Positions 31,017-46,520 of a stretch of 64,000 bases of DNA are shown in pieces. Numbering within the stretch: position 1 is the first letter of the stretch; every line of letters starts with the position of its first letter. The stretch lies in assembly GCF_009914755.1 (NCBI RefSeq), contig NC_060925.1. One strand, written 5' to 3'. The position numbers and the translations under genes were made by a program. The notes beneath the pieces were generated by a model that did not search any database, was not told where the DNA came from, and saw only the letters and a list, made by a program, of their open reading frames with translations. The DNA is from the human T2T-CHM13v2.0 reference genome, Homo sapiens.

Positions 31017-32649
31017 CATACTGGATTTTTTTCAAATTCTTTTTATGTGTCATAAACAATGACTTTAATTTTTAATTTCTTAATATGGTGTATTACATTG
31101 ATTTATTTTTAAATTAAGCCAATCTTGCATTCCTGGGATATACCTCACTTGGTCATGGATATATTATTCTTTTTGCGTGTGTTAGATTCATTTTGCTAAT
31201 ATTTTGCTAAGCATTTATGTGTCTACTTTCATGAATAATATTGGTTTTTAATTTATTTATAATGTCTCTTTATGATCTTCACATCAGAGTAATACTGACC
31301 ACCGAGGATGACTTAGAAATTCTTCCCTATTTTTAAGTTTTATGGAAGAGTTTTATAGAAGGAATACAATGTTTTCCTTTAAATATTAGTAGACTTCACC
31401 AGTGAAGTCTTCTATGCCTGCAGTTTTCTTTTGGGATGGTTTTAAACTACAAATTCTTTTTTAGAAATAGAGCTATTTAGGTTATTTGTTTCTTTTTGAA
31501 TTTTTGTAGTGTATATCTTTCAAGGAATTTGGCCATTTCATCTAAGTTGTCCAATGTATTGGCATAAAGTTGTTCATAACATTTAATATTTTTCTTTAAT
31601 ATTTGTATAATCAGTAGTGATGTCACCACCCTTATTCCTGAGATTGGTCATTTGTACCCTCTCTCTTTTTTCCTAATCAGGCTGGCTAGAAGTCTATCAA
31701 TTTAATTGATCTCAAAGAACCAGGTTTTTGGAATTTTTTTCCTGTTTTCTATTTCACTGGTTTCAACTTAGATTTTTGTCATTTTCTTTCTTCTGCTTCC
31801 TTTGGGTTTACTTGGCTCTTGTTTTTCTGTTCTCTAAAGGTTTCCCCAGAGGGAATTTATTTTAGAGTTTTCTTCTTTTCGGAGATGAGTTCAATGCTAA
31901 ATATTTCTTCTAAGTTTTACTTTAGTAGCATCTCATACATTTTTGATACCTATAGATTTTTGTGTTGTTTCAAAACACTTTCAAACACTTTACACTTCCC
32001 TATAATCTATACATTATTTGAACTATGTTATGCAATTTCTAAGTATCTGAGGATATTCCAGATATTTTTCTAATATAATTGCATTGTGGTCAGACACCAT
32101 AATTTATATGTCTTGAATCCTTTTACATTTATTTAGACTTGTCTTATGACTCAAAATAGGATCTATCTTGGAAATTGTTCCATGAGCACGTGAAAAGAAT
32201 ATGCATTCTGTTGTTGGTGGAATGTTCTGTAAACGTCAAAAGTAACATCTAGTATTATTTGCATTGTTTTACTCTTCTATATCTTCACTAATTTTTTATC
32301 TATTTGTTCAATTAATTATTGTGAGAGGGATATTGAAACATCTGACTATAATTGTGGATTTGTCTTTTTCTCCTTGCAGTTCTACTAGTTTTTTTCTCTG
32401 TATTTTTAAGTTTTCAGTTATCAAAGGGATAAATGTTTAAGATTGTTATGTTTCCTGAAAGATATGATTCCTTTCTCATTTATAAAATGACCTTTTTTAT
32501 CTCTGATCATATTTTTTGCTTTGACATTTATTTTCTTTGATATTAAGATATCTATTCAGACTTCCTTTGATGTGTGTTAGAATGGCTCATTTTGTTCTAT
32601 TCTTTTACTTTTAATTCATTTGTGACTTTATATTTAAAGGTTTCCCTTT

Positions 32650-32985
<336 letters not shown>

Positions 32986-33390
32986 TGATATCTTTTGGAT
33001 ATTCGTTCCCTTCAAATCTCATGTTGAAATGTGATTCCCCAATCTTTGAGGTGGGGCCTAGTGGGAGATGTTTGGGTCATAGGGACAGATCCCACATGAA
33101 TGGCTTGTTGCTGTTTTCTCCATAATGAGTGAATTCACAAGATCTGATTGTTAAAAAGAGCCTGGCACCTCCTTTGCTCTCTGTTGCTCCCTCTCTCACC
33201 ATGTGCCACATCTGCTTCCCCTTTGTTTTGTGCCATGAATAAAAGCTTCCTGAGGCCTCACCAGAAGCTGAACAGATGCTGGCGCCATACTTGTACAGCC
33301 TGCAGAATCATGAGCCAAATAAAACTTTTTTCTTCATAAATTACCCAGTCTCAGGTATTCCTTTATAGCAATGCAAAATGAATGAATACA
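32986..33390 (+). mobile_element. MST (MSTA/B) solo LTR
   Basis: TG...CA termini, aaatctcatgttgaaatgtg...ttacccagtctcaggtattcctttatagcaatgc; 5-bp TSD gtagt/gcagt. Confidence 0.85.
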
Positions 33391-34556
33391 GCAGTATATA
33401 CTTAGGTCTGGCCTTTTCATCCAGTCTGCAAAACTTTGCCTTTTAATTGTGTTGACACGATTTAAATTTAGTGTAATTATTGATATGGATGGGTTTACAT
33501 CTATCATTCTGCTCATTGTTTTCTTTGCTGCTCATGTTCTTTGTTCTGAGTTTCCTCTTTTTTTGCCTTCTTTTGGATTATTTTTATTATTCCATTTTTA
33601 TTAAACCATTTTGATGGTTTAGAAAACTGAAGACCTCTCTAATAAGGTGATACTTGAACAGAGACCTGCAAGAAGTGAAGCAGCAAGCCCTTTGGTTTTC
33701 TCAAGGGAAAGCTTTATAGATAGAAGGAAGAGCAAGTGCAAGGTCCTGAAGCAGAAGTATATTTGACATTATGGAATAATAACAGGTGACTGGTGTGCCC
33801 GGAATGGAGTAGAGAGGTAGGAATAAACATAGGGAGGAGACAGTAGAGAGGGATTGGGAGTTTGTGGGTGGGTTAGAAGCTCATTTCTGGGCACGTAGAA
33901 GTCTTTGGAAGAATAGAGTTTTCTGAACTTCCATTGCTTCAAGCAAAGGTGCCTGCCGCCATCCCCCTACTCCGACAAAGTAAAATGAAGCTTTTTTCGA
34001 ATCACCACCACGATCTGCCTAATATAACCTCTGGACTAATCTGTTTATGCCTATTTGCCCATTTTATAATGGTCTGCACAAAAGTCCAGTACCCAGGTCG
34101 TCACTCATTCATCATTCTCTTTCCTTCCCCAAAATATGAGCTTTCCAATGTGCCCTTTGAAATTCATGATTCATTATCACAAAAATCCCCTTTATCCTCA
34201 TACTCTTTTTCTGAATGTTCCGGGTACAGAGTGGAAGCCGGCACTTCCCTGTGGATGCTAATTCTTTACTTCTCTCTCAAATGTTTTCTTTCCAATGAGC
34301 TTTATAACATTGTCCTGGAAGATAGATAGCACACTGGCCTTTCACTGTTACTTCCAAATCATTGTCTCTCCCACCTGTCCCAAATCCACACCTTTTGGTG
34401 ACTGTGTTATCAGACTAGAAATGTATATTCATATGTTTAGGTTTGATAGACGAGATCCAGCAAACCTTCTAGTCTTCTTCCTATTTGCCAACGTCTGCCT
34501 TTAAATATTGACAGTTCTGTGGCAGAAAGTTTTCCCTGTTTTTGTTCCCAATCTCA

Positions 34557-35004
<448 letters not shown>

Positions 35005-35675
35005 TCAGTTTCTTTATCTTTACTTGATGCCTAGATATCTTCCTCATTTACTCAAAGACGTTACTCTAATAATTATCTTCTGCCTCTCTTGAATGGTCAG
35101 ATTTTTGCTACCTACTGATTGCTTTTCATCAACGTGGTTATTTTTTTTTAAAACATCTTTACAAAACATTCTCTTGGCCTTACTTCCCTAGCTTGCTACT
35201 GTCTGTTTCTTAGCTCTTCTTTATAGCAAAACCCCACCAATTATGCTTTTTCTCCCACTTCTGCACTAGAACTGCCCTTACTTCCACCACACTATTTTTC
35301 TTCATGTCACTAAATCCAAAGTCAATTCTTAGTTCTTATCTTACTTGTCCTGTGATCTCATAGGACCCCATGCTCCCTTGGTTTTCCTCCCATCTGGCTG
35401 AAACTCCTTTCTAGTTTCCTTCACTGGAACTCCTCCCCAGTCTCTTAATATTGGATAGTCAAGGGCTCCATTCTGATTTCTATTTTTGTCTCATTCTACA
35501 CTCACCTCCTTATGATTTTAGGCAGTCTCATGGCTCTAACAGCCATCTATATACTACTCATTCCCAAAGTTTTATTTCAGTAAAAATAAGAGAATTTTTA
35601 GCTTAGTTCTCTTTCTGAAACTTCTAGGTCCTTTATACAACAGCTTACTCAACATCTTACTTGGATATCTAATAC

Positions 35676-36185
<510 letters not shown>

Positions 36186-36189
36186 GAGC

Positions 36190-36341
36190 TATATATATAT
36201 AAAGGGGAGTTTACCCATCACAGAACTAATGGAATATACATATATATATTCCATATATATAATATATATTTATAAATACATATATTATAAAACATATATA
36301 TATTCCATTAGTTCTGTCCCTCTAGAGAGTCCTGACTAAAT
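36190..36341. mobile_element. Rearranged MLT2A-like LTR terminal fragment with (TA)n
   Basis: ccattagttctgtccctctagagagtcctgactaa and tatatatataaaggggagttta. Confidence 0.65.
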
Positions 36342-37137
36342 CACCCCATAAATTGGAAATTGAACTAGTTCTTACCTGAGATAGTTTGACAAGGACTGGT
36401 CGAGTAGACATCACAAATTCAATACAGTCACTAAAGAAGGTAATATTATTTAAATAATGTTTTATTTACTTTGTATTGCCTAAATATTAAAATAACATAA
36501 ACTTTAAAAAGCTGTCATGGGGACAACCTTGAATGTATCTACTCTATTTATTTACACATTCATACATACATACAGGTAGTACATGAAAGAAAACTCACTG
36601 TAAACAGTTAAACAATATGAAAGACCATAGGGGTAAAAGGTTTTGTCCATTCACCACTGCTACCTTCTCCTCACTGATTCTAATGATCTGTCTAGAGGTT
36701 ATGTTTCTTCGTAGTTTAATATGTATTTTTATATAGAAATATAAGTGGATATACACATGATTTTAGTTTTTCCATTATTTAAATGAATGAGATTGTACTC
36801 ATAATGTATTATTCTGTAATCTGATTATTTTCCCCACTAAATCATATACTTGGAGATCATTTCTGGTCAGTTCACATGAATTTGCCCCCAAAATAGTAAT
36901 AGCTTCCAACATAATTTTAAAAATTATTCCCTTGTTGTTGAATATTCCATGTTTTTGCTATTATAACACTACTACCATGAATATGCACTTACTTCTTTGC
37001 ATGTACCTTTGCCAATTGAGCAAAATGTGTATAGGATATATTTTTAGAAGAAAAGTGCTGGGTCTAGGGTATTTACATTTAAAATGCTGATATTCTTGAG
37101 GTGCCCTCCAGAAACTCTGTACCCATTCATAATTTAA

Positions 37138-37556
<419 letters not shown>

Positions 37557-38217
37557 TTTCTGTTGTTTTAATAAGCATTTTAGTGTTTTTATCAATTGGC
37601 TGTTGATATTCTTTCCATATTTTTCATTACTTGTTTTCTCAATTTATTTGTAGAATAATATATACATATATGATCAGATATTATATATTTTCAATCATTT
37701 GATATATGTTGCAAATATCTTTTCTCATTCTGCTATTTGTTTTTGTTAATGGTGTTCCAATTTATTCTTAAAAATTAAGTCACACCCTAACTTTAAGTTT
37801 TATGAGCAAGAAATGCCTCAGATATCTCTATATTGTTCTGGACATATCAAGAAGTCATGACCATTTGTCTTATAAAATACTGAGAACTTTTCCTTCTCTT
37901 GAAGAGATGTTCTCCTAATTTTTAAGTACAGTATAATAAAATGAACACGGTTTCATTTATTTCAGGAAAAATAAGAAGCCTTTCACAAATATATATATTT
38001 TTAAATTTATAAGGCCTTATTCTAACTCCAACTTGCCTCTTGGATTCAAAGGCTGTTAGCAACTATTCTTTCATATTCTTCCAAGGTTTGGACCTAAGGA
38101 AAATTAAATGGCCCTTTTACCACTTAAATCTTCGCTGCAAATTTTAAAGCAAAGTTTCAGATCCTGATAGAACCAGATATTATGTGTTAGGGCAAAGGCA
38201 GTTAACATTGTTTAAAG

Positions 38218-38425
38218 CAAGCTTGTCCAACCTGCAGCCCCATGGGTCGCATGCAGCCCAGGAAAGCTTTGAATGTGGCCCAACACAAATTCATAAACTT
38301 TCTTTCTTTCTTTCTTTCTTTTTTTCAGCTCATCAGTTATCGTTAGTGTTAGTGTATTTTATGTGTGGCCAAAGACAATTCATCTTCCAATGTGGCCCAG
38401 GAAAGCCAAAAGATTGGACACCCTG
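38218..38425. mobile_element. MER30 hAT MITE
   Basis: caagcttgtccaac...aaaagattggacaccctg; degenerate 8-bp TSD gtttaaag/gtttagat. Confidence 0.8.
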
Positions 38426-39569
38426 GTTTAGATTCCTAGTTGCTGCTGCTTTAATCTGAACTGTTACTCATCTTCCCTGTCTAAAGTGAAGATAATGAGG
38501 TACAATGCAGTGGTAAGGATGGTGAACAGTGGCCTTGAATTCAAGCTGCTTGCCTTGAAATTCCTGCCATCCCACTTGCTACCTATGTAATTTTGAGCAA
38601 GTTTTTTTGATCATTTTCATTCCCAAATTTCCTTTTTTAAAAATAATTATAACATTAGTTGTGACGAAGAAAGATGACAAAATATCTAAACCACCGGGTA
38701 TATGATAAACACAAATTAGCTATTATTAAGCTTATCATCAACTGGGAGAAATAATACTTATCTTACATCCATATGTACTATTAACATCTTTCAAGTCGAA
38801 TCTAGATAGAGCATATCACAACATTAGTATGCTTGCCAGAGGCTATTTTTTATTTTTTTGGTAAAAATTATGACAATGACAATAAAAACTTAACATCAGA
38901 TACATTATCAGTTTGAATTATTATGATACAACTATGACAAAACAATTCATGTTAAGAATTTAGTACCACAAACTAATGACCTCTGAAACATAACGCACTA
39001 TCTTTGTTAGTCTTTGTTAGCAGGGCATCAAGTATTATAGTATTCCGATTTAAAAAATATTTTAATAGCCACTAAGGTTTTGGGTTTGAATAGATACCGT
39101 TTAAAGCAAAAACAAATAAATAAACAAGCGCATAAAATTGTGTGTTTTCTGCGTGTGTCTAACATTAGTTGAGTGCTTACTATATTCCAGAAATAGGTTG
39201 CTGGGCATTACACAGTCTAGGGGTTTTTGTCCTTTGGTTTCCTTCCTGCTTAACAAACAAAAGCAAAAAACAAAACAAAAAAACTGCTTGGGAGATTGGG
39301 GATTAAATTGAAGAGGGTAAAGTAAGCAGTTTTCTGGGGTAAACGCTGTAAGGTTTTAAAATCTCCAAATGTTCCCTGCATTTGCACTGTCTACATTTAG
39401 GCATCAACTTTTACTACCTCTAGGATTAGTTTTTCCTTTCCCAATCCATGTTGACAAAGTGGGTCATAAAGATCCGTAGATCGTTTGCCCAGATCTGCCC
39501 TCAATCTGCGAATCAGCTTCCTCGTTTTAGAAAATCTGAAATGTAAAAGGGAAAGGGGCTGGGATCGCG

Positions 39570-40340
39570 TGGGGAGGAGGAACGAAATGGAATCCCGCGT
39601 GGGCAGGCGGCTGGCCAGGAGCACATTCCCCTAGCCTCCCTACGCGCCAGCCCCGCGGCGTTGGGAAGCTCCTCCCTGACCTTTCCTTCCTCCTCCTCCT
39701 CCTCATTCTAGGCGGCAGTGGCGGGCGAAGCGTGAGCGCTGCGGTATTTTGTCCCGAACGGTGACCCCTCCTCCCAGGCAGGCTGCGGCGGCGTCGGTGG
39801 CAGCGGAGCACGGAGAAGAGGCCCGGGCGGCCCGGCGGCCTGGAGGCCGCGAAAGGTGGAGGCCGGGCCGCCCTTGTGCACCGCAGGATTGACCCGGGAA
39901 GGGGCAGAAGCTAGCGAGCCCCGCCCGGCCGCCGGGAAGGTGGGGGAAGCCCCGTGCACCCCCCGCCCTCCGGCCGCCGCCGCCCCGCTGGCCCTGCAGC
40001 CGTCGCCGCTGCCTCGGGCTACAGCCCCGGGCTCGGCGGTCCCGGCTGGGGAAGGAGGGCGGCGAGCGCGTCCGGAGCCGCCGGAGATGGCGGGAGGGCA
40101 CTGCGGCAGCTTCCCCGCGGCGGCGGCCGGCAGCGGCGAGATCGTCCAACTGAACGTAGGGGGGACCAGGTGAGTCGGCGGGTAGCGGGCTTGCAGCGGG
40201 GATGCCTTGGCGGCCTCCTCCTTTGGTGTCGACGGGGACCGAGAGTCGCAGGAACGAGGGCGAGCGTGGGAGGCCAAGCCTGGAGGGGAACGTGGGGGCC
40301 TCCAGGCGGCAAGAACGTCGGGCGGATTTTGGAGCTGGTG
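39570..40340 (+). promoter_or_regulatory. KCTD3: CpG island / TATA-less promoter and GC-rich 5'UTR of KCTD3
   Basis: abrupt switch to very GC- and CpG-rich sequence, several GC boxes (GGGCGG/CCGCCC), (TCC)n tract at ~39680-39704, encloses the start codon; exact TSS cannot be determined. Confidence 0.9.
40087..40169 (+). CDS. KCTD3: KCTD3 coding exon 1 ([28 protein letters not shown])
   Basis: ATG in gagATGg context inside a CpG island; BTB start motif VQLNVGGT; donor AG|gtgagt; 83 nt, phase 2. Confidence 0.97.
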
Positions 40341-40886
40341 AAGCATCTGCTCTGGGAAGGGAGAGGCAGAAGGGACGCTTGGAATTACCGAGGACCAGGC
40401 CCATGTGGCAGAGTAGCTGCTGTCCTAGAATGCCAACCTTTGCCCCTCCCAACAGGCAAGGAGAACCATTACACAGCCTTCCTTACCTCATCTCAGATTA
40501 GAGTGTATTTGAGGACTTTATTTAGTAGAAACCTGGCTTTGTGGTTTGGATGTTGGAGATGAACTTGCTTTCCTTTCTCTTTGGTCAACGAGGTGTCGGT
40601 TTTCTTAGGGAAGAGTGCGGTGTTCTTTTCCGCGCCTAATTAGGGGATTTGTAATTTGAAAGATTTCTGTGATGGGAGTGCAGTAGGTTTGCAGTACCTA
40701 GTTATTTATTTTCAGAATTTCTTGGTGCATGGGCTTGAAGGATCTGTTCAACTTCTAGGACAGTGTGTCCAGAAACTGCAGTTTGAACATTTGCTTTTAG
40801 GAAGCTCTGGATATTGGCACGGTGTGACGCCCTTGGAGTAAACAGACTGAATGCTCTTCTCTGTCTGTTCTCTTTCTGGCCTTCCG

Positions 40887-40902
40887 CCCCCCCCCCCCCC
40901 CC
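40887..40902. repeat. Poly-C (C16) tract in KCTD3 intron 1
   Basis: ccg(c)16gcccc read directly. Confidence 0.95.
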
Positions 40903-41500
40903 GCCCCTTCTGTGCCTGTTATTAAGTTTGTTGGGGGAAAAAATCGTAGTTTTTGTGGATTTCCTATAACTTATGAGTCACTCCTCTCAGAAAAGGGAGT
41001 TTGCCAGCTGTTTGAAAGAAGGATTAGTTGAGTTTTAGGCTTGGTAAGGAGATAAACAAGGAAATGCTCTGGAATACAGTTAATTTTTCTGTGCTTGAGA
41101 ATATGATTTTCAACCAGCATTTTAAAAGTATTTTAATGTCTTAGAACCATAGTGATAAAAAATGTCTACTGTAGTGCTTTAATCCTAAACATTTGATAGC
41201 TTTCTAGAATTTAACACAGAAAACCATGGTACTTCGTTCTTAGGGTTTTTCCTCTTCCCCCAAATCAAAACTTAGATAATTTACAACGTTATTGCAGTTG
41301 TATAGAAACCAGTCTTATGGAGATTTATGTCTCCTAATGTAAGAAATGGAGTTTTTCCTAAAATCACGTTAAAATATTGGAAGTTTGGTAACTTGTGGAA
41401 TACCCCTAAAGAGGAGGCCTGCAATGTGTGTTGATTATACTGAAGAGTAGCAGTATAATCATTTACAATCCCTACACTGGTTTCTACTTGCTATTGATAG

Positions 41501-41820
<320 letters not shown>

Positions 41821-41965
41821 GATAGTTAATATATTTCTATTCAGACATTCACAAGGACATACAGTATTATTGTAAAAATTAAGCAGTATTGTTATTTACT
41901 ATGTGGATGGCTTAATACTGAGTGAACTCTTATTAGAGACTGCAGAATTCATTTAAAAGTTTTAA

Positions 41966-42163
<198 letters not shown>

Positions 42164-44031
42164 TGAGCTTATCAGGTTCTAATTTTTTCTAAGTGATATT
42201 AGCAAAGATACAAAATAGTACATATATTACTGGTTTGAACAGTTTACAAGACATGAAATTGTTAGTGGGAATGGAAACATTAAAAAACTTCAGAAAATTG
42301 TTAAGATAAAATGGCTTATAAAATAAGTAGTAATGGTATGGCCCGTAGAAAACAACATCCGACTCCATATTCTAAGAATATTTTCTAGATTTGCTTTGAA
42401 TCCTACACTCGTGCAGCATTTTAGAGCTAGATGAGATCTAGAAGTCACCTGTATCTTGTACAAAACACAGTGTAACATAGTCACTTAAGCCACTGTAAGA
42501 GAAAAATCCTGATATGATTGCCACTGAAGTTCAGGAACTGCTGTGGCATAGAATTGAAGTTCTGAAGTGATAGAGTAAAACTCAAAAGGAGAGTTTGTTG
42601 GGAGCAGAGAAGCATATGCTATCGGTAAGGTCTTTTTTTTTTTTTCCCTCAGGAGAATAGACATGAAAATGGATATACTCAAAGGAATTATAGAAATGAC
42701 TAATTTTTATGGTTTAATACTTTGTGGGTGATTCAGAAAGTAGAGTAGATGAAGTTTCATTTAGAATTGTTAGTATTCGTTATTTACAAAAAGTAATGAA
42801 GTGAATTCACTATGACTGAATTTATGATTAATTCTGTTATGGGCAAGTGTGATTTTGGGCCTCATGCAAGAGGGCTGGGACTAGCCATTGAGGACTCCTG
42901 GACAAAGAGCTTTTGAGTCAGGTATATGTTTCCAATTCCCAGGCTTTATCTCTAACTAGCCTAGCAACCTTGGACAAATATTTTGATACTTAGTCTATTA
43001 AAATGTAAAGTGACAGACAGTAGTACCAATCTTATCAGATTGTTATAGGAATTTGAAGTAATAAATGTGAAATGCAAGGGTTAGTGGCATTATCAGTACT
43101 TACAGTGCAGAATAAATAACTAGTTAGATTGCTACCAAGTTAATTTAGTAGGAGGCAAGTTGCATGAAGTATAACTGTGGGTATGCAAATTTCTTTAGTC
43201 CTTTGCTGAAACCAGATTGTACATGACTCTGTTCTTGGGACACTATGGGTATGGGATAAAAAACAAATCAAAACAGAAAAGGCTTTCAAATGATTATGCT
43301 CATCATGTGTAATTTTAAGTGTGTTAGTTTTCATGAAGTTATATTCGAGACTGGTTTTGGGGCCAGAAGTTTAAAAAAAAATTGGTGGGGATGAGGGTCT
43401 AATTCCTTTGCCCAGAAATTCCAGGTTACTAACCTTTCCCCAAAATGCTGATTAAAATTGAAACTGATAATATGATTTTAAGCAGACCTTTGTGATTTTC
43501 TAAGTAGCACATAATTTTAATTATTTGGAATACAATTGGTGAATAAGTGGTGAATATAAAAGATTGCAAGTTATAAGCTGTCCTCATTTGGAATGAATTT
43601 GATGGCCTCCAAAACAGTGAATCTGCAATGTATGAATCCTTGGATCCTTCAATTTACCATTGAGTGGATTTGCTTTGATTTTGGACCAAGTCAGTTTTCT
43701 GTGACTGGGGTAATCTGTGTATTTTTTATTTTTCTTAAGAGTCTATTAAGAAACGCATTTAGGAGCATTTGCAGTGTTTTCTTAAAGTGACTCATTTGTT
43801 AATCAGATAAATGGGCGTAGGAACTGCTTATAAACACCTAGACTGTCCATAACCTGTGAAATTAGTTAGTAGTCAACTTCTATGTGTTCCCTAAAGTACC
43901 CCTTACTGTAGTTTACATTTAAATGTCTTTAATAAATGAATTGTTTTACTGTCTTTCCTTCAGTTAGCCAATGAAAGAATACTTTTCCTTACAAATTGTA
44001 AAGTTGTATGTGGGAAGAAGTGGAGATAAAC

Positions 44032-44332
44032 TTTTTTTTTTTTTTTTTCCGAGACGGAGTCTCGCTTTGTCGCCCATGCTGGAGTGCAGTGGCGCGATCT
44101 CAGCTCACTGCCAGCTCCACCTCCTGAGTTCACGCCATTGTCCTGCCTCAGCCTCCTGAGTAAGCTGGGACTACAGGTGCCCGCCACCACGCCTGGCTAA
44201 TTTTTCGTAGTTTTAGTAGAGACGGGGTTTCACCGTGTTAGCCAGGATGGTCTCCATCTGCTGACCTCGTGATCTGCCCGCCTCGGCCTCCCAAAGTGCT
44301 GGGATTACAGGCGTGAGCCACCGCGCCTAGCC
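44032..44332 (-). mobile_element. AluY-like, intron 1
   Basis: CpG-rich; TSD gagataaactttt. Confidence 0.93.
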
Positions 44333-46187
44333 GAGATAAACTTTTAATTGTGATTGGAAAGCATGTTTTGATAATGATAGAAAATTTATTTTGGAGACTA
44401 AGGCACTTTTTATGGAACAGTGCATACACGGCTTCTGCTGTTACTGACACTGAGACTGATACTGCTAAATGATTTAAGTGGGCAGTTTAGTGACATCTGT
44501 GTGTCAACACCAGTGTATTCTGAAAGTGCTCTGTTGTAACCATAAAATGCCTGCAGATCGTACAGAAGAATCAAGTCTCCGTTTTGTACAGAACATTTAA
44601 CTGAGTTTTAGAGTGTGATTCTGTTTATCACACATAAGTTTCAATAAACATTTACTGGGTGTGTGCTAGGTGCTAAGAACAATGCTTTTAGGTGGTCCTC
44701 TCTGGCTTTAAGAAAAAACAACATCTACTTTTTTAATACAAAATCCATTTCTGAAACTGAGTTTGAAAAGTGAATTTACAGATAATCCATTTATCAAGAT
44801 ATGTAAAATATTATGAGCCATTGTTGCCTCAGGTGCCTGGATGGACTTGCAAAGTTGAGAGATCTGTGAGACTTCTGACACTACTCTGTATAAGCCTTGG
44901 TAGTCACAGTCACCCTGGCCTGCAATCCAGTGCTATTTAATAGCCCACTTAGAAGATGGGAATGGGAAGTAGGATGTATTTTGAGGTTTGTTATGCTGCA
45001 GTGAGCATAATAAAAAAAAGTAAGCAACTTCCACGTTTTTGATAATTCCAGGCTGCTAATTTAGGTAATGGCAGACAATAGATGGATGATACAGTGTATA
45101 CATGCACAGCCTGGGAAACATCCCTTAGCCATTTTGGCTGGGGTTTGGCCTGTGTTTCCTGGTGATAGTGCATGGTAACTAGTGCCACTATTCAGTCACC
45201 TTGTTTAGTTTAAGTATGAAAGGTAAAAATAAATTTAGGGATTTCATATAATGCCAGAAAATAAATGTGGAGTGAAAGTAGAGGTTTGCTAGGCTGGGTG
45301 AGATAACATTGTAGTTCAAGGTGATATCTTAAAATGAAAATACTCAGAGAAGGGCTGGACTGAACAAGTACTATATTGCTTTGTTTGCCATATCAGTTTA
45401 CATAAATTATTGGTTTGTTGTCCCAGTCTATTATACTGTACTTTGGTAAAGATCCTCCCTTGGTAATATACAAGCTTGATCAAATGACAACCTCAGAACA
45501 GTGATGTATTTGGCTGAATGATTTTTGAATGAATGAAGTCAGCAGTTGCAGATAGCCCAAGACTGCCTATAAAGAAGGTGTTAAATGAGTAATTTACAGT
45601 GAAATTACTATGAGCTTAAAAAGAGATAATACAGGATTGGATATTTAGAAAAACTATTACAGGGAAGGTAAAACCTGAGTGGTATCAAGAAAGATGGACG
45701 GATCTTGAATTATTGGACATGAAGAGAGTGATCTAGCTGAATAAAGATACCAAAATGGTAGTAAGCATGAATTTTTTGGGGATATGAAGAAGTTTTGTCC
45801 TATTAGAGGGGAAAACCAGCATTTGTACTGGAGAGATGAGATGGAACCTGAAGGTAATTTTGAATGTTATACTGAGAAGTTGAGACTTGGTGTGATGGGC
45901 TAATTGTTGATTCTTCAGCAGAGATTAGCTTATTGGAAAGTAGTGTTTTAAGATGCATTATATGGCGGATAACAAGTTGTTTATTGTTATTGAGAGCTGC
46001 TTGTATAATCTTAACTCTGAATTGAAAGTAGCAACGTTTAAAAATATTAACTGTAATAAATATATTGGTACAGCTATAACTATAAAACATCTTGTAAATC
46101 ATTAGCCAGTGTATTAAAACAAGTTAACTAATACTGAAATTTCAAATCATGTTCTCACTTATAATACCAGATGATTTTTAATTGCAG

Positions 46188-46241
46188 ATTTAGTACCTCA
46201 AGACAAACTCTTATGTGGATTCCAGATTCTTTTTTTTCCAG
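46188..46241 (+). CDS. KCTD3: KCTD3 exon 2 (FSTSRQTLMWIPDSFFS)
   Basis: ttgcag| ... |gtatgt; 54 nt; continues the frame from exon 1; KCTD BTB sequence. Confidence 0.96.
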
Positions 46242-46474
46242 GTATGTCTTATAATTCTTTAGTGTATATTTTAATACATTTATTTACCAAAATATAATAA
46301 TGTTTGTCAGTTAAATTTTTTTTAATAAAAAAGGTTAACTCTTAAAATTATATATTTTTGAACTTGGAAGATAGATAACTTACTTTTAGTGGTCTTTAAC
46401 ATTTGGTAAAGAATTAGCACATTTGTTTATACTCAGATTTTAAAAACTAACTTTAGATTATTAATGACTTCCAG

Positions 46475-46520
46475 TTTGCTGAGTGGGAGAATTTCAACAC
46501 TTCGAGATGAAACTGGTGCT
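46475..46520 (+). CDS. KCTD3: KCTD3 exon 3 (SLLSGRISTLRDETGA)
   Basis: ttccag| ... |gtgagt; 46 nt; in frame. Confidence 0.96.

Noticed and set aside
39527-40562. Several 94-249 aa overlapping ORFs on both strands at the CpG island
   Set aside because: Expected from stop-codon scarcity in GC-rich DNA; Arg/Pro/Ala/Gly low complexity; they run across the exon 1 donor.
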